A stretch of DNA of 64,000 nucleotides, taken from positions 124,001 to 188,000 of the forward strand of contig JAHBMJ010000332.1 of the NCBI GenBank assembly GCA_018398765.1. Reading direction: 5' to 3'. Origin of the DNA: Chromera velia (Eukaryota). Under the pieces are notes generated by a model. It was given only the letters and a program-made list of their open reading frames with translations, was not told where the DNA came from and made no database searches. Within the stretch, counting starts at the first letter, position 1; every line of letters starts with the position of its first letter. Shown here piece after piece: positions 1 through 12,300 of the stretch. A program made the position numbers and the translations under genes.

Positions 1-3000
1 TTCAATTGCACTTGAAAAAGTCTCTGCTTGACCCGATGCGACCCTCTCTGGCCCAGTGGGGGCACTCAGAGAAGGCACAGAGAGGCCAACTTCGTCGAGA
101 CGCCCCTGGGTCTCCTCATCAGGAGGCTCACAGGCCCCCGTGTTTCGACACCTGACCTCTTCCCCCGAAGAAATCCTCAGCTGTTCAAGCCGCCTGCTCT
201 GAGACTCTCCCTCGGCACTGCCACTGAACCGTTCGAGGCTCTCCGTCTGTGCACCCCTCTGCCCACTTGGGCCCTGCAGGTTTGTCCACAACATCTCCTC
301 ATCGCTCTCAGCAGGAGCATGGGCACGGGGGGTGGAAGAAGACGGATGCGTCTCTGGGGGGGGGTTAGGGGGAGGGGTGTCGGGGGGGGGAGGATGGGAG
401 TGTGCAGGAGGACGAGAAGAAGACGAGGAGGATGAGTGAGTCTGAATCGCGGAGAGAGCTGGCTTTGCAGCTGGGGGTGCCTTCAAGGACATTCTCACTT
501 TCGGCTGGGGGACGGCTGGGGGTCGGAGCCATGGGGTGGGCAGAGACGAAGAAGACGAAGAGGAGAAAGAGGACGAGGAGGGACCCTCCATATCTGCTGT
601 CGGAATTGGATGTGAAGAGGAGACGGGAGACTCGGATGCGTCGAACAACCGTCGCAGCTCATCAGCGTCCCACCGCCGTCTGTCCTCTGAAGGCGACGGA
701 GACTCCGCCCTTCCTCCGATCGTGTGAGTGCGAAAATGCTGTTGCGCTTGGAAGCTCAGCTCGCGGGAGACCTGATCTGGAGGCTGGGGCTGAGGGAGCG
801 GCCTCTGAGTGCCCTGATCGGTGATGCCCCCCCCTTCCACGAGATGCCATTCCCTTTCCCCGTCTCCCTCACCCCGCCAATCCCCCTGAAAGTGACCCCT
901 CTGGACGATCTCTGACTGCGTGACTTGGCGTGTCTCCTCTGCAGTATGGGACTGACTCACTCCAGTCATGAGGGAGCTCAGACGAGGAGACGCAGGCCGG
1001 ACTGCATTTGTTTCCCACCGCCTTCCTGCCCCCTCTCTGCCGGCTTCCCGTCTCCTTTCTCTTTCCGACGGTCCGAAATTGAAAGGGGACGGCGAAATGT
1101 TTCCCTCTTCCCCTCTCTCTCGCCGCGAAAGGTTTTCGTTTTAACCTCTCTCGAGGGTGGGGGTGGAGATGGGAATGTCAGACGGGGGTCGAGAGGGGAA
1201 TTGCGAATTCAAGGGGAGAGATCTCGGGTGCGGTGCGGAGGGACGTGGAGGCGAGGCAGTGAGAGAAGGAAGCATCGTGGTCGGGGTTGGGCGTGGGGGA
1301 GGAAGGAGACGGAGGGGCGGGTCATTGTCGCTGTGGGCACGTGCAAGGTCTCCAGAATTCGCGTCGTTTCTTCTGTGATACCGTTGGTAGAAGGACGCCA
1401 GGCTGTCTCGCTCCCGTTGGCGCATTCGCGCTCTCTCGCGGGCCGCCACGGCAGAAGACGGCATGCTGCGGCGTGAGGCCACGGGAGGGTTTGAGGAAGG
1501 GAGCCCGTTTGGGTTTTGCCGTGAGGCCGTCGAAGAAGAAGACGCAGACGCCGCTGCAGCAGCAGCGGGGGCAGAGGAAGCGATCCCCCCTCTCCCACTT
1601 TCCATGGCAGCTGAGGAAGAAGCCGATGCGGAGGCGGATCTAGAGAGGAAATTGGAAGTTGCCGTTGCAGCGGAAGTCGCCCTTGCAGTGTGGCGACCCT
1701 CCCGCCGCCTGTCCAAAGCCAAACGGATGGACTCCCTGGTCCCTGGGACCGCCATTCTGCAGATGGGGCAACTTTCGGACTTCCCAAGCCACTCACGGAG
1801 GCAGGCTGTGTGCCAGAAGTGGTCGCACGGAAGAACGAGAACCTGCATTCATGCATGCAGGGGAAAGCCAATCAGTCAGCCAGGCAGGCAGGCAGTGAGT
1901 CAGTCAGTCAGGCAGTAAGGCAGTCACTCAGTCAGTCAGGCAGGCAGGCAGTGAGTCAGTGAGTCAGTCAGGCAGGCAGGCAGGCAGTCAGTCAGTCAGT
2001 CAGTCAGTCAGGCAGTCAATCAGTGAGGCAGGCAGTCAGGCAGGCAGTCAGTCAGTCAAGCACGCAGGCAGTGAGTCGGTCAGGCAGTCAGTCAGTGAGG
2101 CAGTCAGTCGGTCAGGCAGGCAGGCAGGCAGCGAGTCAGCCAGGCAGCCATGCAGTAAGTCAGTCAGGGAGGCAGGCAGGCAGGTAGCCAGACAAGGCAG
2201 GCAGGAAGGCAAGCATGCAGTCATGCCGAATGGAGGGCAACGTAGGCGGCAAGTCAGGCAGACAAGATGGCAGACAGTTGCACAGCCAGTCCGTCAGACA
2301 GGAGAGGCAACAAAGGACGAGGGCTGACCATGGAGGAAGGTGCGTAGTCCTCCTGACATATGTTGCACTCCTGCACACAAGCACGCGGGCGGGCGGAAAT
2401 GCAGACATGCAGACTCTCGCGTCTCCTCTTTCTCAGCCACCCAGCCACGCATGCACATACACATATACATGCAGAGTACATGCAGAAAATAAACACAGGC
2501 GCCTAGGTATACAGACTCACGAAGTGTCTCTCTCGACCTACAGCCAGCAGAGGCAGATCAGATCTGCCGATCAGTGAGTGATGGATCAACCTGTCTTGAG
2601 CTGTCTGTCTCAGAGGAACAAACTCCTCAGGTCAGTGGATCGATCTGAATGACTTTGACCTCCATTCAGACTGTAAGTGTTACATTCATCAGGCTGACAA
2701 AAGCAAGAATGCGAGCAAGGACATACGTATGCGTGTGTGTGTCGATGCATGGAATCACGCAGAGGCACAGGACCAGAATGAATGGAAGAGAAACGCAAGC
2801 CATTCAATGCAATCACCCACGCAGACGGACGGACGGACGGACCAGATCGGGAAAGTCTGCGCCCCTCACTGCTTGACTGTACCGCATCTCCGACCAGCCC
2901 CGTCTGCCCCCTCTCTCTGCATGAAGGGGCCCAGCCCTGCCGCTGTGTCCAGACTGAGCGTCTCGTCGTTCGAGGCCTCTGGCAGACGAGGGGCCATTGC

Positions 3001-3424
3001 GAGGCCTCGCCAGTGCTTGAGCAGGATGATCGTGGGAGGACACACTGTCCGTCACACCGCCAGAGCGAGCGGCCAGGCCGAGAGATATCGTTGGCCTGTC
3101 CTTGTTGGTACTGTTCTGCAGGCTGTCTTGAATGCGTGGCGTCCTTCGTGAAGCGCCTTCTGTTGTGTGCACCCGCTGCGGAAGGAGGTGCCAGCAACTG
3201 ATTGATTGGAGGGTGGAAGGAGAGGGAGAGGGAGAGACGGACTGCGATGCCGATCCTCTTTCCTCAGCAGCGGCATTCTCACTGACAGCCTCCCTCCTCC
3301 CAAACAACCTCTCGACGCCGAACATAAACATTCGAAAACCCTCTGTGACTGCTCTCGGGCTGGTCTCTGCCCCCCCCGCCCCCTTCTCCTGTTTCTCCCG
3401 ATTGCCCCCCCCCCCTTCCCCCAT
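1..3424 (-). CDS. RING-H2 zinc-finger E3 ubiquitin ligase, multi-exon (exons about 3424-2843, 2370-2329, 1842-1146 or to the stop at 1141; probable further exon from 1001 running off the window)
   Basis: Phase-0 GT-AG joins give ...GADFPDL|ECNICQEDYAPSSM|VLVLPCDHFWHTACLREWLGKSESCPICR, a canonical C3H2C3 RING-H2. The start ATG at 3424 is a best guess. The same frame stays open from 1140 to 1. Confidence 0.85.
1870..2215. repeat. Intronic (CAGT)/(CAGG) compound microsatellite
   Basis: Directly visible tetranucleotide repeats inside the RING gene intron. Confidence 0.95.
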
Positions 3425-4344
3425 CCCCACTGGTTGCTGTTCCCTCCGGCTCTTGTCGCTGCCTCTGTCCTGTCCCACTAATTCCCGCTCTCCCACTCCG
3501 GAGTTCGTTCCGACCCTCCAAGGAGGCCGAGAGGTCCTCTATGAAGGGAGGGACAATTTAGCGTTCCTGCGACTCAGCAGATCGACACACAGTCAGAAAT
3601 ACGAAAAGGGACAGGTGTAAGCACGCGATCGATGCCGTACGGGAACCCATAAAGCAAGAATTAGTGAGATCAAATTTCAAATACACAGAGGGGAGAACTT
3701 ATGGAGGCAGAGGGGCAGGGACAGCGGCAACATTTGGACTGTTTACTTCTGAATAAACAGCTGCACAAGTCAAGCGAAAATATCTTCAAGCAGACTCAAA
3801 AGCGGAATTATTGCTACTCTCTCCGGTACCACAACTCATGCATACACGCTTGATGAACGAGAACAATCATTTCTATGGCCACTTATGGACGAAACCGTGA
3901 ACCCAGTAATAGTGTTGTCAGACCGACCGTTGAGCGGAGACGCAAACAGAGTGAGGCACCCGTGGCACTTGTACTTCAGCATCGATCCCTGAAGACTCTG
4001 TGTGCCGAACCCTCACTGCTGATCTATCTTTGCCGATTGTGTGCTTGCAGCAAGTCACCAAAACGAGCCTCGATGCTGTTCAAAAATGCTCATACATTCC
4101 CCTACTTATCCTGTTACTCGATATCCAAAGCGTAGCCGATCAGGCACGTGTAGAATTCATCTTGCATTGCTATCTGCCTTTTCGATTCGATTTCTCGAGA
4201 CAGATCTCAAAGAAGCACAACCAAGGTTGATCACAGGTATATTGATGCATGATCGAATCAATCGAACAGTACGTTTCTGTTGACTCAGTGGCAGCCAGTG
4301 TGCCAGCCACTGAGTGGCTCGACTTTTCACTCTGACAGCGTCTC

Positions 4345-4450
4345 GAGCATGTCTCGAGCTCATGCAGCCTATAGCTGCATGCACTGCATGCTTTCCGCGC
4401 GCGGCCGCGGGCCATGCATGTGTGTGGCCGGGCCCATGCATGCAAGCCGG
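4345..4450. promoter_or_regulatory. Putative bidirectional promoter core (TGCATGCA cluster plus GGCCGCGG/GGCCGGGCCC)
   Basis: Several TGCATG(CA) motifs and a GC-rich palindromic core lie between divergent genes. TGCATGCA is a known ApiAP2-bound motif in apicomplexans. Confidence 0.5.
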
Positions 4451-4796
4451 TCGTCTACATGATGGTGGGTCCGAGTCATCATCTCGAATAGGTGCGTCCC
4501 TTCAATGTGTGACTGCTCCAATCCTTGACTTCGCTGTGTCAGAAGGCTGGTTACTGCAGAAGCAGCAAGTCACTCCTTGTTAGTAGGAACCTACCTGTAG
4601 AATTGAGACAGCCAAGTTCGTGAACAACGAAAAGAGGAACTAGACTTGCAGTGCCGTCTCCTTGCAATGTGGAATTTGTGCTGACCAGGCCTCACCCGCG
4701 AAGGGCGAGAAAGGCCGCTTCCACTGTCGTCCAGCAGTTGAAGGTGGGCAAAGAAAGACGGGTGCTGTGGAACCGTATCTATCTGCCTGTCCAGGC

Positions 4797-5810
4797 ATGC
4801 CGTCATCCGTCTACATCACCTTGATCTTCTGGTCTCTTCTCTGTCTACCCTGTAGAGCCTGCAACCAGGTTCCCCAAAGGAGAATCCATCAGCACTGGGG
4901 TCTCTGCAGGCTGGGGGGGTTCGTGACTGTTCGTTTGTTTGAGAAAGACTATCCTTTGGTGGGAGGGCCCAGTTTTGCCCCCCTTCACAAGGCAGTCGTC
5001 GTCTCCCTCGAGGAGACGGCGGAGACCTCGAGGGAGACGGCGGAGACGGCACAAGAGGGAGGCAGGGAGACGGATGCTCGCTCCCGAGTACTCCAGTTTG
5101 ACGTCATTCCCCTTCAACCTAAGGAGCCAGTTGTGCTCGCAAAACTGCTTTCCGGGACCACTCTGAAAGGTGAAATGCGCCACCGCACCTTCCCTCGAGT
5201 TCCTCCCGGCTCGCGTCTACTCGTCGAGCGTCGAATAGACATTCAACCGGGGATCAGTCAGCTGGAGGAGAGGCTGCAGTCTGCTGCGCTCTTGTGGGAT
5301 CTGTCCTTTAACTTCTATTTTCGAAACTGCCTGCATTTCTGTGACTACATGCTCCTTCAGCTTCTTCTGATTTGTGGAGATGACAGCAAACTCAGCAGGG
5401 ACAAGGAAGGGGAAAGGGCACATGGGGAGATTGATGAACGGCTTGGAGATGGAGGTGCTGTACGACTGGAGTGGTCCTCCCGGAAGCTGTGGCCGGACCG
5501 AGTGATGTCCCTTACCTGGTGGAGGAAGTTCATTTGGGAGGGGCGGTTGAAGGGATACAGAGAAACGAGGTTGGATGCCAATGTATTTGTAGACAGGGAG
5601 GACGGGAGAGGGCAGGGAAGAAAAAGAAAAGTCCGGTTGGGCCAGTTGGGAGTGAAGGTAGTCAGAGAGGGGGGTCTCCGGGGGGAGTTTTTGGAAGAAA
5701 GTTTCCAGCAGAGCTTTCCGGATGAGTGGCAGCGCAAGACTGCAGGTCAGAGAGAAGCACACATGAGATTTTACGTGATTGAAACTTTTGAATCTGACAG
5801 AGAAAAGTGA
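4797..5810 (+). CDS. Signal-peptide protein with a permuted papain-like (PPPDE/DeSI-like) domain; may splice onward to the GNAT exon
   Basis: Long non-repetitive ORF with a hydrophobic N-terminus (MPSSVYITLIFWSLLCLPCRAC). LHKAVVV ... FNFYFRNCLHFCD resembles the His ... NCxHF catalytic motifs of the PPPDE family. Confidence 0.65.
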   Translation: MPSSVYITLIFWSLLCLPCRACNQVPQRRIHQHWGLCRLGGFVTVRLFEKDYPLVGGPSFAPLHKAVVVSLEETAETSRETAETAQEGGRETDARSRVLQFDVIPLQPKEPVVLAKLLSGTTLKGEMRHRTFPRVPPGSRLLVERRIDIQPGISQLEERLQSAALLWDLSFNFYFRNCLHFCDYMLLQLLLICGDDSKLSRDKEGERAHGEIDERLGDGGAVRLEWSSRKLWPDRVMSLTWWRKFIWEGRLKGYRETRLDANVFVDREDGRGQGRKRKVRLGQLGVKVVREGGLRGEFLEESFQQSFPDEWQRKTAGQREAHMRFYVIETFESDREK

Positions 5811-6059
5811 GGGACGGGCTTATGTAGTACTCCAACTCAAATAGCGAGAGCAAAGCATTTCATTAATTACTCGTTTTCAATAGCAGTTGACTTCGCTGGT
5901 CACCCAAAGGGTTTCTTTCGGTGGCAGCTTTTTGCTCATGACTGCATGAGCTCGATCGAACTACTCTTTCAATGTCTGCCTATCTACCCTCCTCAATATT
6001 CTCCTGAGCGTGCTCTCGCGTCTACCTGTCCCTTTTGATCATCAGTGCTTCGGGTTTTG

Positions 6060-6117
6060 TTCGTGCTTCGTTCCTTCTGTCCTTCCGTCCGTCCTTCCTT
6101 CCTTCCTTTCTTCATTT

Positions 6118-6149
<32 letters not shown>

Positions 6150-6314
6150 TCGTTCGTTCGTTCGTTCGTTCTTTCTTTCTTTCTTTCTTTCTTCCTTCCT
6201 TCCTTCCTTTCTTCCTTCCTTCCTTCCTTCCTTCCTTTCTTCCTTCCTTCCTTCCTTCCTTCCTTTCTTTCTTTCTTTCTTCCTTCCTTCCTTCCTTCCT
6301 TCCTTTCTTCATTT

Positions 6315-6345
<31 letters not shown>

Positions 6346-6435
6346 GTCTGTCTGTCTGTCTGTCTGTCTTTCTTTCTTTCTTTCTTTCTTTCTTCCTTCC
6401 TTCCTTCCTTTCTTTCTTTCTTCCTTTCTTTCTTC

Positions 6436-6466
<31 letters not shown>

Positions 6467-6590
6467 TTTTTTTTTCTGTCTTTCTTTTTGTCTTTCTTTC
6501 TGTCTGTCTGTCTGTCTGTATCTTTCTTCCTCTTTGCTCTCTTCCTCTTTTCCTTCCCTGTTTCTTTTTTCCCTGTCTCCCTTTCTTCTG
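6060..6590. repeat. (CTTT)/(CCTT)/(CTGT) polypyrimidine microsatellite, intronic
   Basis: Visible in sequence. Confidence 0.95.
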
Positions 6591-6657
6591 CAATACTTCT
6601 GCTTTCTTGTGAGGGAAGGCGACTCGTGTTGTTTCCGTTTGTGCGACGTAATTGCAG

Positions 6658-6947
6658 GGGTGCCTCCGGGAGGGCTTCGAGTTGCCGTTCTCGTCTGCAT
6701 GAAGGTGGAGCCTGAGTTCCGAGGGCAAGGTCTGGGGGGTCTCCTCTTACGCCGGCTTGCGGAAACAGCGAGCGGTATAATGAAAGAAGGTGGCGCAGGC
6801 ACTCGTGAAGAGAGGGGTCGTTGCGATGGCGTGGTGATGGTGTGTGACGATGACGGGAGCGGGCGTCTGATCCGGTGGTACGAACAGTTCGGGTTCCGGA
6901 GGGCTCCATCAATAGAAGACAAGTCGGTTATACAAATTATTTATTGA
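6658..6947 (+). CDS. GNAT acetyltransferase domain exon; 3' end disrupted by a local duplication
   Basis: TTGCAG acceptor ends at 6657. Motif A (VEPEFRGQGLGGLLL) and motif B (LIRWYEQFGF) are present. Confidence 0.8.
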
Positions 6948-7112
6948 AATAAGATTTCAATTTTGTATATACGAATACTTCGGGTTCCGGAGGGCTCCAT
7001 CAATAGAAGACAAGTGGGTGGGAGGAAAACGGATGGTGTGGCTGCATAATCGAGAGATAGATTGCAGTGATGGGACAAGGACGGCAAGCGAGAATCTCAG
7101 TCATGAGTGTGT

Positions 7113-7309
7113 NNNNNNNNNNNNNNNNNNNNNNNNNNNNNNNNNNNNNNNNNNNNNNNNNNNNNNNNNNNNNNNNNNNNNNNNNNNNNNNNNNNNNNNN
7201 NNNNNNNNNNNNNNNNNNNNNNNNNNNNNNNNNNNNNNNNNNNNNNNNNNNNNNNNNNNNNNNNNNNNNNNNNNNNNNNNNNNNNNNNNNNNNNNNNNNN
7301 NNNNNNNNN
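7113..7309. other. Assembly gap (other gaps: 27252-27277, 47327-47386, 50141-50417)
   Basis: N runs. Confidence 1.
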
Positions 7310-8170
7310 TAACCAGCTGATGGATTCAAATGGTCGCTTGTTTCCTTTTTGGTGTGCTGCGTGAAAGGAAAACAAGGCACGTGCCATCTCCTTCTTTCAC
7401 CAAGCTTCGCCGTTTAGATCGTTTGGAAGCGTTGTCCATCGTATGTCGGAATGAGAGGCAGGGCTTGAGGGCGTGTGAGTTGATTCAGAATGATGTTCCG
7501 TTTTCGTTTGTGTGCGTGTGTGTGTGTGTGTGTGTGTATGTGTGTGTGTTTGCAGTGCAATGTTGATCCCTCTGGATGTTCTAGACGAGAGCACAAAAGA
7601 AAAAGGAGGGAAAGGGTAAAAGACTGACACCTGGGGGTGGCAAACACCGGGTCTTTTTTGGGCCCTTCCACTCACTTGATAGTCGGTAGGCTTTTGCGAA
7701 AGGCAAGCGGGTATGCCCTTCTGCTTCTTTGATGGCGGGGGGAAGCTGCCACATGCTCAGGTTCTCTCTATGCAGGAGGCGTGCGGAGATATTTATGAGA
7801 GGCACCGAATATCACCCACTCCGATTCGGAGGGTGAGAGAGGACCTCACTCGCTGAGAAATGAGAAGGAAGAACACAGAAAAGAATCATGCCTCGCAATT
7901 GGAAAAGTTCCTGAAAAAAAACTATGAGCCTGATCCCAGGTCTCATCAAGACTCCGAGTCATGAATTGCTGAGAAGTAGGGCCACAATTAAATGCCCAGA
8001 ATTGCCGATGCAAACTTTGGAAAAAATTTCAAAAATCAGGGTAGAAGTATAATCATACTATTGTACAATCTCTAAGACTTAAACTATTGTTTTAGAGTAT
8101 TTCTAGCAGGTTAGTAGCAGCTCACGCAGGCTTAGTGCTAGGCTCTCAAAACAGTTCGAAATATTGTGAA

Positions 8171-8637
8171 GTCCTACCCTGTGGTGCCGCCCTTTGAGCC
8201 TTCGCATGCGCCGTGACTGAGAAAGCCCGCGTGCCGACATGTGCCGACGTCACATTCTGCCGCCGCGCTTTGCTTCGTACGTATCGCGCGCGTCAATTAA
8301 AGTTGTTGGAGTCAAGTCTGACCTTCGCATTCAAACAACATGTCACTTGAGCAACGGATAGCATTGTTCGAGTCTGATGTCTATTTGTTACAGATCAAGA
8401 GAGCTCTAGAGTCTGAGAGAGAGGAATGAGCAGAAACCGTGTATGATAGAATGAATTCAGCCGATTGGAATACCAGATCGCGCTAGAACTTAAACTGATG
8501 TACGGACAAACCTTCTGTAAACTGTTGCTTGACTGAGTGTTGCTCACGTTCCTTCTTTAGATCTTCCTAAGGTTCTTATCCTCGCTTTATCTTCTGTCTA
8601 GACGCCATAAGGTGGCCAGACAGGCGGGACAAAGCAT
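8171..8637 (+). repeat. Dispersed repeat, copy A (about 465 bp; partner at 13256-13716)
   Basis: Near-identical direct copy beginning agtcctaccctgtggtgccgccc. Confidence 0.95.
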
Positions 8638-9084
8638 TGTGGTGAACGCTCAGCTCGATGAGTGTCGACTCTCGAGCTAGACTCTCGAGTACCTTCTGTG
8701 ATGGAGACCAGATCTGTCCTTTTGCGCAACAGTTGGAAACCGATTGCAACGATACGGGCACGGTCAGGCAAAGACCGTGAGTGGGGGAATTCAGCGTCCC
8801 CTTGTGTCCTAAGCTGCCCGGAGCCCTCTTTTCGAGATCATCGTGGTGGACTGGGAACTTGGGGTGGCGTTCCTGATTGGAGAAGTGGATCGGAGACCTC
8901 TGCATGGAACCGATCGTGGAGATGTTGCTTGGTGTTGCTTGGATTTTGGAGTGAGTCTATCTCATGGAGATTGCTTTCTACGAGTGCATCGCAAATGAAA
9001 CGGCCAGTAGATTGCTTCTTTTGCTTGCTGTTCTATGAGTGTATGACTAGTTCTGTACCTGATCGATCGGAACCAGTGTGTGCG

Positions 9085-9312
9085 TTACATTGTGAGGTTG
9101 TAGGCATTGTCAGAGCTGCACATAGTGTGCGCATGTCGAGCGTATCGTGCATATGTATGTGCATGCATGCATTGTATTAATTGGTTCGTATGCAAGTCAA
9201 TTCAGAAGTACAGTCTTGCCTGTGTGTAAGACTAAAGAGAAGTACAAACAATGCATGTCCGACTCTCAGATCTTATAGCCCCGTACGTTAGCAGCGCCAT
9301 AATTCTACATGG
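9085..9312 (+). repeat. Dispersed repeat; second copy split into about 11168-11328 and 12004-12090 by a roughly 675-bp insertion
   Basis: ttacattgtgaggttgtagg...cagtcttgcctgtgt and tgtgtaagactaaa...ctctcagatcttatagccccgtac each occur twice. Confidence 0.9.
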
Positions 9313-12300
9313 TAGCAGAGTAGGTCGGTCAGGGACCAATCTGTTCTGTTCATGATCAGAGACGAATCTCTGTATCGTTGAACGGCAGACGGCAGACATT
9401 CTTTCACACCAGACGACGATCTTCTCTGGGTGCACTGAGTCTGTTTGCTTTTCAGAGTTCTTGTAGGTCTTTTTCTTGTTGTTGCGATGATGTTGAGGCC
9501 ACATAGAGAAGTGGGCCCGATTTTCTGTGCAATTACGTTCCTCATGAAGAGTGTAGAAGAACTGAAGAACGTCTCCGTTGCGACCCTAGATGACCGATAC
9601 GAGTCTGTTTGTCTTTTTCTATCCGGAGTCGCTGAAGAAATGCAGCGATGGTTGCCCTCGGGGTCTTTGGGCAAGAAGAAATGCAGAGCGAGGAAGGGTT
9701 GCAAGCAATCGAAGGACATCATTCAGGAGGGTCGAGACGAAGAGCCGGAAAAGAAGAAGAAGACGCGTCGTAGTTTACGTTTTTCGAAGACCCAATGGAA
9801 TGAGAAGGCCCTCGGACAGACACACAGCAAGAGAGATAGGAGGAAATCGAATGACGACCAGACTGCCTCCCCAGTGAAGCAGAAGGAAGCAGATAGGTTC
9901 AAGGCGCACAGACTTTAAATTTACATACTTCGCATACGCCCACAGACGACTGGGGACCCCAACGCCCTCAGAGTGATGTTGTGATGAGTGAACCCCAAAC
10001 AGCAGCAAAGAGCTTTACAGTGACACCAGGTTTCCAGGGAAGTGACTAAGGAGGAGAGACCCTATTCGTTCAAACTGCAGGGACAACATTTGATTTTCAA
10101 GGGTACAGCAAATTGAATGCAAGAGAATCTGAATTCGATGCAGTATTGCCGGTAGGTCTTTCTGGACATGAGGATGCAGACATGGGAAGTGGAAACAGTC
10201 AGTAGGAGATCAGTCAGAAAGCAGCATCCCTTTTCCCAGAGTCAGCGCCGTTTATTGCCAGAGAAACTGAAGTTGCCCCCATGAGGATTGGGAGAATAGA
10301 ATTGACCCAAAACACAGGAAAGGCAGAGAGAAAGAGAGAGAAGCAGAGAGCAAAGAGAGGGGCAAAACAAATGGAAAGACATGCAGCGCTGCTAAACACG
10401 ATCCGCTCAGCTCGCGCTCAAGATCATGAGATGCCTCCCGGTGGAGTTCCATATAGAGAGGGATTCAGTGCACAGACACCAGAAGTAGGGAGACGAGTTA
10501 GGCCTGTCTGCACTGGAATTCGATCAGGCCTGATGGAAAGAGAAAGAGTGCAACTGGTATTCGAATGCCAAGAGTGAGAACGTACTGCTGCCTTAAACAT
10601 GATAAGGCAGAACATGATGAGGCAACAGCGTTCAGGTGTGACCGAATGGAAGGGATACAGCCGACAGTCTTGAGATCGGATTGAGGAGACGGTATTTACC
10701 CCGCTGTAACAGTCCCGTTTGCGTGTTCGATCATCTGTTCCATGCATGGAGCCCATTTGTTTTTTTTTCAGCTGCGTCTGCCTTTGACTTCATCTGCATG
10801 GCCATGTGGACACGGCCTGGAGGAGACAGGGCATGTGTGTAGGTAGGAAAGAGGCAGTGCATCTTTGCCCTTCCACCTGAGCAGAAGTGAAATGCAGGAT
10901 GGACAAGAAAAAGAGAGATGAGAGCATATGAGAGAGGAATCGAAAGATACAAGAAGAAAAGAAGAGAGAATGTTCCAAATCGCCGGGCAAAAGCTTCAAA
11001 CATCATCAAACGTCCCGAACCCGGTTCTGACAATGCTCTGTAGAGACATGCACATCAAGCCTGATCGCTCTCATCTTGTGAAATAAACCTTGCAACCCCT
11101 GTTTGAGTTTAACAGCTGAGTACATCCATATGAAAGTGTTAGGACGACACTCTGGGGGAGGTAACACGTTACATTGTGAGGTTGTAGGTAGTTGTAGGCA
11201 TTGTCAGAGCTGCACGTAGTGCGCGCATGTCAAGCGTATGGCGTATATGTATATGCATGCATGTATTGTATTAATTGGTTCGCATGCAAGTCAATTCAGA
11301 AGTACAGACTGTACAGTCTTGCCTGTGTATAATGGAGATTCTAAGAAATTGAAAGTCTCTTCCAACAGCTGAGATCCTATGTTGTCTGTGCACAAATGTG
11401 TCGGTAGGAGCACACGGTCAATCTATCATAATCCAGTACAATCCAACAGGCTGCTGTTTGATTCAATTGAAATTTATCGAATACATGCTAATTATACGAC
11501 ATACAAAAAACGCATGCATGCGAAAAACCATCGGAGACTGACGCTTCGTATATACGCCGAGCTAAAAATCAGCATACCAATTAATCGCAGTATTACGTCG
11601 ATCCTTGCAAGCCGATGGATAGTCTGTAGGCATGATTAGAGAACACACGTAGTGTCCCGTGCGCGACGCCCTTCCGTATCCATACCGCTATCTTTTGTCT
11701 ATCGCTGACGGTTCTCAGGTGCACTTGCGGAAGCAAACGACAACAAAAGGCCGTAACGTTGAAAATCAGTCATATGTAGATTATTTTAGAATAAAACAAA
11801 GAAAGGACAAACGCGCCTTCCAAAGAGAACGAAGACCATCATCACCAGTCCGACGGACTGTAGACATGAACAAATCAAGCAAAAACAAAACAGGCCATCT
11901 CAAAATATACAACTCCAAAAACAGAAAAGTAAGTTCGTCAACCAGGACAACCGCAGGTGCATTACAAGAAAGAAGTGTCCGGATAAGATGAGAGGATATT
12001 AGGTGTGTAAGACTAAAAAGAAATACAAACAATGCATGTCCAACTCTCAGATCTTATAGCCCCGTACAGTAGCAGCGCTATAACTCTATGGTATGCATGT
12101 CTGGCGTTGACTTTGCTGTTTGCTGCGTGCGTATCTGCATATGACTGACTGTCCACATTTGGTCTGACTCTGTCAGTTGGTGTGTGCACTTATTCACGGT
12201 GGTTGGCACCTTTGTGCAATAATCCTCTTATCTTGAAATGATGCGAAAGGTATGGGCACTTAGCAGGAGGCTGAGTGTACCACGGCCCTACGACCACTCC

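Noticed and set aside
5993..6715. Long ORFs such as 5993-6922, 28568-29251, 41497-43445, 46830-48290, 52273-53025 and 60566-61537
   Set aside because: They are translations of micro- or minisatellites that happen to lack stops (SFFL/KERK/SQSV repeats).
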